NCBI GenBank assembly: GCA_051362555.1
Contig: CM120647.1
Coordinates: 14,856,651 to 14,920,650, forward strand
Direction: 5' to 3'
DNA from: Lingula anatina
Taxonomy: Eukaryota; Animalia; Brachiopoda
Length of the DNA stretch: 64,000 nt
Shown: positions 22,501-34,703 of the stretch, piece by piece
How positions within the stretch are numbered: the first letter of the stretch is position 1
Layout: every line of letters begins with the position of its first letter
Made by a program: the position numbers and the translations under genes
Notes under the pieces: generated by a model
Seen by the model: the letters and a program-made list of their open reading frames with translations, nothing else
Told to the model about the DNA's origin: nothing
The model's database searches: none

Positions 22501-24969
22501 TTTATATCTTTATAGCGTGTCTTGGCACAGGGTTCGTTTGAGTATATTTTATGTCCTTCCTGTCACGCATGCGTAATTAACTGCGCCCTCTGGTTTCTCA
22601 TGAATATCTAATATTTTAAGTCACGGTTGGTTTCACATGATTAATTTAAAAATATTCTATTTTTCTCTCCCCCCTCCCCCCCCTCCCCCCCTCCCCCACT
22701 GCAATCAGACCAATAGCACCAAGCATATAAGGTACTGTTTTAAAATTGGAAAGGACGCCAAGAATTCTTGTAAACTTGGCTCAGTTTTGCTGCAAACATT
22801 TTGATTTTTCTCAGGGGACTAATTATTTTTCTTCCATGCGAATTAGTATCTCTAAACTGTGGAGTTCATTAGTTTGCATACATATCTGTCGTGTGTTGCC
22901 CTGAGTGTCAGGGACACTGTGAAGCTGGATCTGTTCACGGGCTTCAACAGTAGCCCCTGAGGAACAACGACAGTGCACAATCTCCGTCAATCAAAAAGAA
23001 CTGCCTCGCAGTGAATCTGCAGTTGAATGTCATTAGACCAAAATGAAACGTAAAACAGATTTAATTCTGCTTTACTTAATTTTATTTACTGTATTTAAGA
23101 TGTAAAGTGAAAAATAAATAATATGTTTCTGAAGGAAGAAGGCATATTCAATGTTTTTGTATTTTTTGCTTATCAAAGAACATTTGCTGCTGAAGATATA
23201 AACACAATACACGTGCTTGACGTATGCCAAGTTTGACAGATACACTGTATGCCCGATACCACTATAAGGGCTGCGCAATGGCTACACCAAAATCAGTTTT
23301 TTAAGCAGTGTTGCTTGTGTTGTGATACTGACCTTCGACTGCAAGATGTTATTAGTTCAAACATCTAACTCCGCGTCAGCCACTTTGCTTCTTGTCTCGT
23401 CTGCACGAGATAACGTCAGCACAAGGCGAGAAAGGCAGTTCCAGGCTGTCAAAGCTGTGATGTACGAGAGTTATGATTTCCAAATATGGAGTTGCAGGGG
23501 TACACAGGTGTGACGTACGAGACTTGTGACTTCCAAATACCGGTTGAAATTCTGACGACTGAGGACACTGGATGTCCAATATGTTTTACTAAACTGCCCT
23601 AGAGCATGGTTGGGATTGACGAGGATGTGCGACAACCATGTCAGCTTCTTTACCCAGTGAAACCATGGCCGGAAGTACATCGGTCGCAAACAAATACTGG
23701 CGCTCCCTATCGAATGTTTCCAACTTCTCTGAGTGTAGTTTCTTTTGGTCAGCCTTACCCAGGCAAATTTGCCCATACGCCTGTTTGTTAATGATGCTGA
23801 CTATCCCTCTGAATGGTTTTCATGGAACAACCCAGCCTTCGGGCAATTCAGCTGGCCAATAGTCGAATCTATGTCAATCTCTTGGTACAAAAAGTTTCCC
23901 TCTCACTTAGAAGCTGCATATTAAAAATAATTGGTTTTGGGGTATTTCAATGGTTACACTTAGTAGATTAGTCCACTAATCACATCAACAATTCATACGT
24001 TGTTCGGTTGATACTTGTTGTGTAATATTAAAATTTAAACCATAGGAACCCTCATTGCAATGCAAATAATTGCGGTAGGTGATACCTTTTTGGTATTTGA
24101 GTATATGTATATTACCTGGGTAGTATACACATGTTTATACATTGATTCTTTATAAGAAACCGATCAGCAGTTAATTCAGTCATTGAATATATAGTGTAAA
24201 ATACAGGAATTATATTACCCCGAAATAATTCGGTACCATTTTCACACACACACACACACACACACACTTATAAAAAAGTTGTTGATAATAAACAGTGTAA
24301 TGGGTGAAATAGTTCGGAATATATATACAGTCATACATGTATATACGCGCATTCCTTATTTTCTAATTGCCTAAGAGCTATTTGATCGCTCGTATCTGAT
24401 GCCAGAGGGTTAAACGTGCCAAACATATAAAACCATGAAACATGTCATATAACCCGTGTTCAAATTAGATAAAACATGGTATTTAGGGGGGAAAGAACAT
24501 TTTGTACAAGCAAGTTAGAAATTTTTTGAGAGTTAACTTGTTCATTCTCTTGCTGTCAAACGACGGATGGTCAATATTACTCGGAGTATTACTATTACTA
24601 TGTGCGGGAAAAGAGAAATTCTATTTGTCTAGCTACCCCTTTTCTCCCTCTCTTTGCCTCCCTTTCTTTCTTTCAAATTCCCACTTGTTAGTTATTTTTC
24701 TTGCATGGACCCACACAAGAAGCATATATGTGCCCTCATCATTTTTTCCTCAGTCTACGATATTTTAGGAGAAAACCATCCACAGTACGACATAAAAGTT
24801 AACTAACGGTGGCAATTGTCAACTTACTGGCACCGGTATCCACCTCTCCTCTGTCTCCAACAATATTTCCCAGGTTTGTCTTGACTACAGGAGTATCTGT
24901 GCACAAAACCACTTGTATCTGTACCAACATATAGAAAGAAGCAGCAAAGAGAACTTTGTTATTCTCCAT
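16263..24969 (-). CDS. Carboxylesterase-like copy B, predicted catalytically inactive; exons 24969-24828 (assignment inferred), 18114-16737, 16473-16263; about 576 aa
   Basis: Exon 2 open with canonical splice sites but GDASGG instead of GDSAGG, AEQFD instead of AEHFD, and HAGTF; TGA at the tail Cys codon shortens exon 3; the nearest intact exon 1 is 24828-24969. Confidence 0.7.
18620..19080 (-). mobile_element. Old Tc1 transposase relic in intron 1 of copy B (also about 23725-23920 and 53920-54200)
   Basis: Broken frames read IARRLGCSMRTVQR (HTH), GRP*ETTPREE and VWGGIGCYSVGELAVVNGNFN. Confidence 0.7.
21670..21717 (-). pseudogene. Truncated duplicate of carboxylesterase exon 1
   Basis: MSSNKVLFAASFCIL, then homology stops; no donor site; part of the duplication of about 24930-26920. 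Confidence 0.75.
23540..23722 (-). pseudogene. Fragment of carboxylesterase exon 3 at a duplication junction
   Basis: Matches ETFDRERQYLF through LSR with frameshifts; joined at about 23722 to intron-1 sequence; no acceptor. Confidence 0.8.
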
Positions 24970-26395
24970 CTTTACTGTGTCAGATTTTAATAGTCAGCCG
25001 CTTTTCTTCTTGTCTCTTATAACGTCAGCGCAAGGCGAGAAAGGTAGCTCCAGCCGGTCAAAGTGAGACTTGTGTCTTCCAAATATGCAAGCGCCTCAGG
25101 CAAAATTTTGCCAAAGACGCCCTTTATCTGGTACGTGCGGATCATGACGTACATGTAGTACTGCCGGACATAAATTGAAGCTGTAAAGAATTTTTGATAA
25201 TGTATTCGTCGTCGGTTATATTATTTGCCGTAAATATTAACGCCGCTTTATAATTCCACTCTCTGATGAATTATCCAATATTGTTAGAAGGTAATATAAG
25301 ATATAAAATAATAATCAGCTTTAGTGGAAATGTTCGGCTGTGGTGTTGGATTAAGCCTGAAAACCTTTCCCTATGGTAACACAGAAACATTGGCCAGCGA
25401 ACCAATTCTCGGCATCTTTTATACAATCATATTTTCGGCTATCCCCAAGAGTAGGATTTGTGGTGGGCTTGTAAATTCAAGCAGCTCCAGCCTTTCAAAG
25501 GGGCAAGAAGAAGGGGGATCTAGTTTTGTTTTCATTCAGAGGCTATAATAATACAGGGTGCCACACCAAAAATATCCTCACTCTTTGACTGTTGCATCAC
25601 TTTTTCACCTCCGTTTGTTTTGTTATGTTATCACCTTCGCTTGTTTGTGTGTTCGTTCATCACCGTCCGAACTCAAAACGTTATAGATGGGTCTTGATGA
25701 AATGCCCAATAAAGGTCATTAATATGCTCACTGAAAAGTGATTATGTATGATGATGAACTGTATCACCTTACACTCCATTTATATCTTTATAGCGTGTCT
25801 TGGCACAGGGTTCGTTTGAGTATATTTTATGTCTTTCCTGCGTCATTAGCTGCACCCCTCTGGCTTCTCATGAATATGTAATATTTAAAGTAAAGGCTGG
25901 TTTCACATGATTAATTTAAAAATATTCTCTCTCTCTCTCTCTCCCTGTTGCAATGAGACTATTAGCACGAAGCATATAAGGTACTGTTTTAAAATTTGAA
26001 AGGAAGCGAAGAATTCTTGTAAACTTGGCTCAATTTTGCTGCAAAAATTTTGATTTTTCTCAGGGGACTAATTTTTTTCTTCCAAGCGCAGTAGTATCTC
26101 TAAACTGTGGAGTTCATTAGTTTGCATACATATCTGACGTGTGCTACCCTGAGTGTCAGGGACACAGTGAAGCTGGATCTGTTCACGGGCTTCAACAGTG
26201 GCCCCTGAGGAACAACGACAGTGTACGATCTCCGTCAATCAAAAAGAACATCTTTGCAGTGAATCTGCATTCGGATGTCATTGGTTCAAAAGGAAACGTA
26301 AAACAGATTTAATCCTGCTTTATTTAATTTTATTTACTGTATTTAAGATATAAAGTGAAAAATAAATAACATGTTTCTAAAAGAAAATGTATATC

Positions 26396-26461
<66 letters not shown>

Positions 26462-26719
26462 TATCAAAGAACATTTGGTCCTGAATATATAAACACAATA
26501 CACGTGCTTGACGTGTGCCAAGTGTGACAGATACACTGTAAGGTCTGCGCAATGGCTACACCAAAATCAGTTTTTAAAGCAGAGTGTTGCTTGTGTTGTG
26601 GTTCTGACCCTCGACTGTAAGATATTCTTAGTTCAAACGTCAGCCACTATGCTTTTTGTCTCGTCTGCATGAGATAACGTCAGCTCAAGGCGAGAAAGGC
26701 AGCTCCAGGCGGTCAAATA

Positions 26720-27865
26720 ACTAGCATTTTTCGTCAACCGGTTGAAATTCCGACGACTGAGGACACTGGGTGTCCAATATGTTCTACTAAACTGCCCTAG
26801 AGCATGGTTAAGATTGACGAGGACGTGCGGCAACTGTGTCAGCCTCTTTACCCAGTGTAACCATGGTCTGACGTACCTCAGTCCAAACAGATACTGGCGC
26901 TCCCTATCGAATGTTTCCACGATGGTGGGCGTGTCCAGGTTGATGAATTGTTTGGAAGACGCTGTATATTCAGGCCACTAGACGCTGACCGGGTCACCAA
27001 CATTTGGATTACTGAAACGAGACGAAAGTGCTAACTGATTAACTAAAAAAAATAGAATTGGATATTAATATTGAGCAAACCTAAAGTTGCATTTTGACGT
27101 CACAGTCACGTCATACATACTTTTATTCGTTTTTTTTTTTTATTCCAGATTACTTTTAAGTAAAAATTAACTTAATTAACTTATTCAAGATGGCGCCGTC
27201 CTATGGCAACATGATCTGTCGTGATGTAGTATTACTTGTTATTTTACTTTCAATTTTTAACCTTACTATTAGATACATAACTTTTTCAAGAGAGGAGCTG
27301 CTAAGGATCAGAAATAGTTTTTATCCATCAGCAGTACGTATTTTTAATGAACAAAATGTATTTTAATAATTCCATTGTATTACATTTTATCAACAGATCA
27401 TACCAATTTTCATTTTATACTTGTATAAATATGATATGATAATAAATTATTAATTATTATTAATATTAATTAATTAATTTAAAAAAGACAATTGAAGGAC
27501 ATTGGCGCCATTTCCATTTACAATTAGCAATTTGATGTTCAGAATTAAATTTTTTAAATTGCAGTAAAATATATCCGATATTGAATCGTGTGTTATCAAA
27601 ACCTACCCGTTTTTTTGGCAAAGTTAGCTATATATCGTCTGAACCATTCTTCCAAGTTCCATTTCCTTAGCTGTCAAGTTATATACATCAGGGTGCTGTT
27701 CAAAAACACCAAAATACGGAATGCGGGTATCAAATTGTTCAGCTCGTACAAAATCAGCCTTAGGTAAGTAAGAAGATGGATATCCAAGTCGGAGTATTTA
27801 CACGTTGTGGCACCTACCGCTGCGTTCAATCTTGCCTACTCCTCCTCTGGCATTCCAAAGAAAAG
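26720..27865 (-). pseudogene. Carboxylesterase pseudogene C: disrupted exon 3 (about 26720-27011) and the 3' end of exon 2 (about 27606-27865)
   Basis: In-frame TAG at the Gln of VQW, indels in both exons; the rest of exon 2, intron 1 and exon 1 are missing. Confidence 0.88.
27186..27480 (+). mobile_element. Short bipartite LINE derivative (Rex1/Babar-like 5' end joined to 3' end)
   Basis: CAAGATGGCGCCG head; reads ITFSREELLRI-RNSFYPSAVRIFNE; AATAAA followed by an ATT-rich tail; absent from the paralogous intron 2 at about 57720. Confidence 0.6.
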
Positions 27866-28023
27866 GTGTGTGTCAGTACGCGCTTCGGAGTATCAGACGC
27901 GACTCCGCTCTTGCCTAGCACTTAATGTGATAGTGATTCTCAGCGGGGTTTGAAAGTAATGCATGTCATCTCAAAATTTGTTCCGGGGTATGATACTGTG
28001 AAATGCGTACTAATACACACCTT
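27863..28023. mobile_element. About 160-bp MITE-like element at the deletion breakpoint of pseudogene C
   Basis: AAGGTGTGTGTCAGTACGCGCTTC / GAAATGCGTACTAATACACACCTT, 20 of 24 complementary. Confidence 0.6.
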
Positions 28024-29595
28024 GGAAACGGGTAGGGTGGTCCGATCTACCAGTGAATTCAGGATCATTCGGTGCCGAGTCTGGTAGTTGGGTGGGCCTG
28101 TTGTTGGTTTGCCTACACAGAAACATTGGCCAGAGAATTGGTTCTGGTCGTCCTTATAAACGTTCGTGTTTTTATAATTTCGACTGTCCCCAACAGTGAT
28201 TGAAGCAGTGGAAAGGAAACTGGAAACGGTCCTGTCAAGGGACAAAAAGGATCCAGTTGTTTTCGCCAAAGGCTTTAATAATACAAGGTGCCACCCCGAA
28301 AAAATATCCTCCTTCGTCCACTCCCTATTTTAACATCCATCTAGGGGGCTATGTTGTCACCTCCGTTTGTTTGTGTATTCGTTCATCACCAGCCTAACTC
28401 AAACACTTATGAATGGGTTTTGATGAAATTTTCAAGATAGGCGATTAATACGCTAGCTTAGAAGTGACTGAAGTTTGGTAGTGATCAGTGTCACAGTACA
28501 CCCAATTTATATCTGTATAGCGCGTTATGGAACAGGCTTCCATTGTGTTTATTTTCTATTTCTGTCCTACCAAGCATTCGTCATTAGCTCCGCCTCTTTG
28601 GTTTCTCATGAATATTTACTACTAAGTCTAGGCTGATTCAAAGTAACTAATTAAAATAATTCCATTATACTACTCCCTACTGCACATGATTTACACGATA
28701 CTATTCTACATGTTGAAGGAATGCAGAAACTTCTTGCAACCTTGGCGAAAATTTGCTGTTGCCATCAGTATGCCACTAAGCATCATTTAAATAACTTGAC
28801 TCTGTATATATGGGTTGATTAATAAATAAATAATAGTACAGAGATTTGAATTTCCTTGCCTGCTCTATCTGAGTACTGTTCTCGCTGTTTTTCATTTGTT
28901 TTTGAAAGCATTAAAGTTTTCATCTTTACTGTCTTATTTAATTTTTTAATGCCACTAAGCATCAGTTAAATAACTTGACTCTGTATGTATGGGTTGATTA
29001 ATAAATAAATAATAATTGTCTGAGTACTTTTCTCGTTAATATTTTTTTGTTTGTTTTTGAAAGCATTAAAGTTTTCATCTTTACTGTCTCATTTATTTAT
29101 TTATTTTTGAAACAAGCTAAATGAGTTACAGAAAATAAATCAAGAAATACAATGACAGATAATTTTTTTAAAGAAGAAAAGAAACGAAAACTTTTTTATC
29201 TTGCGTAGAACAACTTCTCTTTTAATGTCAACATGAAATAACGACACAAAAAACTACTCATATATTGACCAATACCTTTTATTTAAAATCCCACATTTGC
29301 AGTATATATAAGTTTTATAATATTTGACCTTAGACCCATCAATACATATAGACATAGCAGCGCACATAATGGCACCTGGGCATAACCAATATAATATATA
29401 TTGGATCAGGGCATAATGTCGATAATTATCGATATCAATAATATCAAGGCAAAATCGTGTAATAATAGTCATGATAAAAGTCAGGGCACAGATATATGAA
29501 CTATTAATTACTACTACATAGACATATTTCAACTTATTTCAACTTATGCCCAAACATGCACTACGCAGAAATGCCGTGTGTGATCATACTTATAT

Positions 29596-29985
29596 CTAAC
29601 CATTCCTCATCAACCGCTTGAAATACCAACGACTGAGGACACTGGGTGTCCGATATGTTCTCCAAATTGCCCTAGAGCATGGTTGGGATTGACGAGGTCG
29701 TGTGCCCACCGTGTCAGCCTCTTTACCCACTCTCACTATGGCCGGAAGTACCTCGGTCGCAAACAGATACTGGCGCTCCCTATCGAATGTTTCTATGGTG
29801 GTGGGTATGTCTAGATTGATGAATTGTCTGGAAGACGCTGTATAGACTGGCCACTGGACGCTGACCGCGTATCCAACATTTGGGTCACTGAAAGGAGGAG
29901 AGTGATGACTGATTAGCAAAACAGTGGAATTTTAAAAATGTTGAGAATGAGCTTTCTGACGTTGCAGTAACGGCATACTTGTAAT

Positions 29986-30027
<42 letters not shown>

Positions 30028-33000
30028 AGGTAAATTCAAATTATTTTAACAACTACTTATGGACATTTGGGCCATTGAATCCTAATAGGCATCACGTATT
30101 TACATATATCTCCAGGTTTTTCATTATAGTAAAATCATCGTATGTTATCTGACCCTCACCCATTTTTGGCAAAGTTGGCTATGTATCGCCTGATGTTTCT
30201 TCCAAGCTCCAATTCCTCAGCTGTCAAGTTATATACATCCGGATGCTGTTCAAACACGCCATAGTACAAAATGGCTGTATCATAATGTTCAGCTCCTACA
30301 AAAGCAGCCTTTGGTAAGAAAGAAGGTGGATAGCCAAGACGGACTGACAATTGGTATCTATACGTTTTGGTACCTCCGGCTGCGTTCAATCTTGCCGACT
30401 CCTCTGCTGGCATTCCATAGAAAAGGTCAGTGATTAGCTGCACCGCCCGAGTCAGAATATCCAAAGGATCCATGGGGTCTTGAATGAGACCGTATTCATT
30501 AAGAGAAGACCTAGCAACAGCGACTTCTGCACTTTCCATCTTAAACTGATATAGCAGTGATGCATAAGTTTCGAGAATGAAGCGTTGCTGGGCAACAGTA
30601 GGGGGATTCCCTGCTAAAGGAAGTGTGAAGATGCTTCCGTCATGGGAGGTAGCACCTACCATATATCGAAGCCCGGATGTCACGTTTTCTCCCAGTAGTT
30701 CTCGTGGGTGTTTTGGTATAAATACTCCATCAATACTTGGTCTCCAGTCAAGTGCTGCACGTATACCTTCTTCCCTTATTTCTGCCAATTCCTGAGCGTC
30801 CTTATTGCGGAGACAGCGGAGTCTTGCTCTTGGTTGAGGCATATCACATCCGGCCATTTTTGAAAACTCTAAACTGACGTTCAAAGACTCGGTCAGAGAC
30901 CAAGACGCCAAGCTCGACCCACTTACTGATATCCCTCCCTGTATCAAACCACGGTTTAATGGAGAGATCATCTGATAATCCACCGACACTCCTCCTGCCG
31001 AATCACCAATTAGAGTTATACGATCAGGGTCTCCGCCAAATGCCTCAGCATTCTCCCGTACCCATTTAATAGCCCAGTGCTGGTCATACAGGCCGTAATT
31101 TCCTCTGGCCTCGTCAGTCCCTGTGCTGAAGAACCCCAGAAAACCCAGTCTGTAGTTTATAGAGACGAGGACGACATCACACTCGAGTGCAAGGATATCT
31201 CCATTAAAAGTCGCACCTGTTCCTGCTACGAACGCACCGCTGTGAAAATTGATAAGAATCGCCAGGCGAACGCCCATTTGACGTAGAACGTCAACACCAC
31301 GTGGCACGAACACGTTCAAAAACAGGCAATCTTCGTCCCGTCTAACGTCGGTGATTGTTCGTCCTAGGTTGACGTAGGTGGAAATATAGCTGTCAGGCTG
31401 CGGGCAGTGGGGGCCGAATTGTTTCGCTTGTCGAATGCTTTCTCCCCATCCGGGATGTTGCTCGGGATTGGCAAATCGAAGTCTCCCAACTGGGGGTTTT
31501 GCATATGGTATCCCAAGGAAGCGATCAACTATTCCCATGCCTATAGAAGAAAATTTCAGGAAATTATTATGAATGTTTATTGCACTAGAGATGATTTGAG
31601 TATTTTAAATGACCGTCACTTCCTTTTTAACCGTAGCTCACCTGACACATTTCACTCCATTCGTGCGCGCACGTGGCAAAACACACACATACACATAGGC
31701 ACACCCACACGCACATTTTCAGTGCACAAGTTATCGCAGGAAGTTAAAAGTATTTTATTCCACAACAGAAAATGTCCTTCAATAACGAGAAAGAAAAGTG
31801 GTACTATACTTCCCTACCAAAAAATTTTCACCCCTAAAACAATGCGTAAAGTTATACAGAATCTCATGTCTTTATTTTCTCATGTTCTTTATTCAACATC
31901 TAAAAGGATTTTTTCCAAAAAAAAAATTGATTGTATCACAAAATAATTAACTTATCTATTAAAAAATCAAAGCCATATTTTAGAATTTTGTACACTATCC
32001 TCTGGATTTGAGGACGCACCCGTTGCGTCTGTGCGTAGAATCAAAATTTTCTGTTAAGTGTGCACAGTGACGGCGTTCTACGTACGGTGCAAAGAGAATA
32101 TATATGGGGCAATTTTTGTTTGCAGAATTATCCCTCAGTCATCCATTTTGCGGATATCATACACATTCTTAAAGAGGTAATCTACTGAATGAGCTGGGGG
32201 GCCGCTGGATCTGGTTCGTTCATAACCAGCCTACTGTTGCATTGACTGTACGTGGAGTTCTATCACCATGCTGAAACGAAAAAGCGTGATCATGTTCCAA
32301 ATTTATTTTTGACAGATTTCCTTAAGTTTATTTTCCATTACTTGGATGCATGGACCTGTGTTTAGGTTCTCGTTGGCTACTGCATACACCACACACTACA
32401 GTAGCCAAATCACCCCATGCCTGACCTATGTTGGGTGTGTCCTGTCGACCAGAGGCAGAAATTTGGCAATATACTTTTTACCAGCTGTTCTCCAAACCTT
32501 TTCGCGTCTGGAAGCACTGAGCTTTCTTGCTTTTGACAACAATATCATTTCACAGATATAGACCAGAGTTCCAGTAAACCATCTGACTCGAAGTAGACAG
32601 TTCCTGGCGGTGATTCCTGGTGTCCAAAAAACTCTGCAAAAATAAAGAGGCGATTGTGCAGACGTCTTCTGACAGTAAGCTCAGAAACTTGGTGTCCCCT
32701 GTTCTTGTTGAAAGTTGCAGTCAAACTCAGAAATATCATGAAACGTTTTTTTTTTTTTTTTTTATTATTTTTTTTTTTAAGAAGAAGGCATTTTCTCTTC
32801 TCTGGGGTAGTTTCCTTTGGTCGGCCTCATTCAGACAATTTTCCCGTGTGCCTGTTTGTTAATGATGTTGTCTAACCCTCTGAATGTGTTTTCATGGAAC
32901 AACCCAACCTTCTGGCAATTCGGCGGGTCAAAACTCCCTTTTATGTCAACCGCTTGGTATAAAAGTATCCCTCTCACTCAAGAGATGCATGTTTTATAGT

Positions 33001-34703
33001 TGCTATGTGAAAGGAGAGAAAGAAATAATTTGCCTAATTCAATAATTGGTAAACGGTAGTCACCCTGTGTTGCTGGAGCAGTAACACCTTGAAACCGAGC
33101 GGCGCAAAAAATTGGTAAAATAATGAGGTGGATACTTCAGCGAGGTTGGCAATAATTGAAGGTGGGGTTAATAAAGAAGCTAAATGTGAGATGGATGTTT
33201 AGCAGAGTAGCAGATATAATAGATATAGGAAATAAAGATGCTGACGTAAAAGGACGGATGGTGGGTTAAAATAAAGTTTCTTACCCTTTGCCGATCGTAT
33301 GTTGTGGCGTGTTATCTTGAGGTGATATCCTTGTGCTCTGTCTGTGACTCTGAGGTCCGGTTGCTTGTAATGATCTGATGCTCGACACATATGGTAGACA
33401 CGTTGTAATTAAAGTTTAAGGAGATGACCCGCGATTGGTCAGTGATACCCCGAGTGTTGTAATGATTGCTTGCGGTGAGCTGAGTAGCGACGATATGTCT
33501 GACGACCACGTGTGCTACTGCTCTAGCGAGGGAGAATCCCGAAGTACATTGGACTATAAATTAAATTATAGTCTTCGCCAATAATTTAGGATAAAATATA
33601 ATTGGTTTGGGATATTTCAATGCTTACGCTAGGCAGTTTAATTTTCTAAAAATCGTCTCATTTCACAGGACGATTGGTTGCATAGTTGTTATGCAGTAGT
33701 AAAATTAAAACTATAGGAACCCTTGAAGCAGTGCCAATAAATACGCTAGGGGTGACACTATTTTTGGTAGGGGAGTATATTACCATGCTAATATACAAAT
33801 GTATACGTATGAATTATTCATAAGAAACTTATGAGCAACAATCCACACAAAAATAGATAATAATATAGGTTAATTCAGACCGTGAAAATATGATATAAAA
33901 GTATATTGTATTACCCCGAAGTAAGTCGGTTCTGTTTATACACACACGCACATACAGCCGACTTACACACACACACACACACGCGCACATTAATAAAAAA
34001 CGAGACATTAATAATAAGCAGTGAAAAGGGTAAGATATTTTTGTTTTATCAATGCAGTCATATACCGGTATAAGCGTGTTCATTATTTGTATAACGGCGC
34101 AAGAGCAATTTGATCGCCAGTTTCTGATGCCAGATGGCTTAACGTGCCAGACATAAAACCATAGACCGCGCCTCTACTTTGTACTCTGTGTTACAATTAG
34201 ATAGAAACATGGTGTTTAGGGAAAGCAGAAAATCCTCTCCTGGCATGTTTAACTTTTTGAGAGTTAACCTTTTTTCATTCACTTGCTGTTAAACGACGGA
34301 GTGTGAATATTCCTAGCAGTATTTCTTTCATGTGCGCGTAAGGGGGTATTCTTTTTGTCTACCCCTACCCCCTCTTTCTCTCTCTCTCTCTCTCATTCTT
34401 TAAAACGCTCACTCTAAGCTTTTTAGTTGTTTTACTTGTATGGACCCACACAGCATGCATACTTGTACCCCCAACCATTTTCCTCAGTCGACGTCATTGT
34501 TGGAGAAACACATCCACAGTACGAAATTAAAGTTAACTAACGGGTTCAATTGTCAACTTACTGGCACCAGTATCCACCTGTACCCTGTCTCCAACAATCC
34601 TCCCCAGGTTTGTTCTGACCACAGGAGTGTCTGTACACAAAACCACTTGCATCTGTACCAAAATGCAGAAACAAGCAGCCCCGAGAACTTTGTTACTCGC
34701 CAT
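29596..34703 (-). CDS. Secreted type-B carboxylesterase/lipase, copy D; exons 34703-34562, 31540-30160, 29887-29596; 604 aa
   Basis: Open frame, canonical splice sites, HSGAF, GDSAGG, TSHDG, AEHYD, FAKNG|DPN. Confidence 0.92.
32003..32990 (-). mobile_element. Old Tc1 transposase relic in intron 1 of copy D (longest version of the shared insertion)
   Basis: Fragments IARRLGCSMK, GRPKETTP, VSELTVRRRLH, VWRTAGKKY and FQHGDRTP, with stops and frameshifts. Confidence 0.7.

Noticed and set aside
26330-26552. Poly-Lys ORFs
   Set aside because: Translation of a poly(T) run of about 60 nt
32990-33600. About 600-bp insertion in intron 1 of copy D as a solo LTR
   Set aside because: Clearly an insertion relative to paralogues, but no convincing TG..CA ends or target duplication
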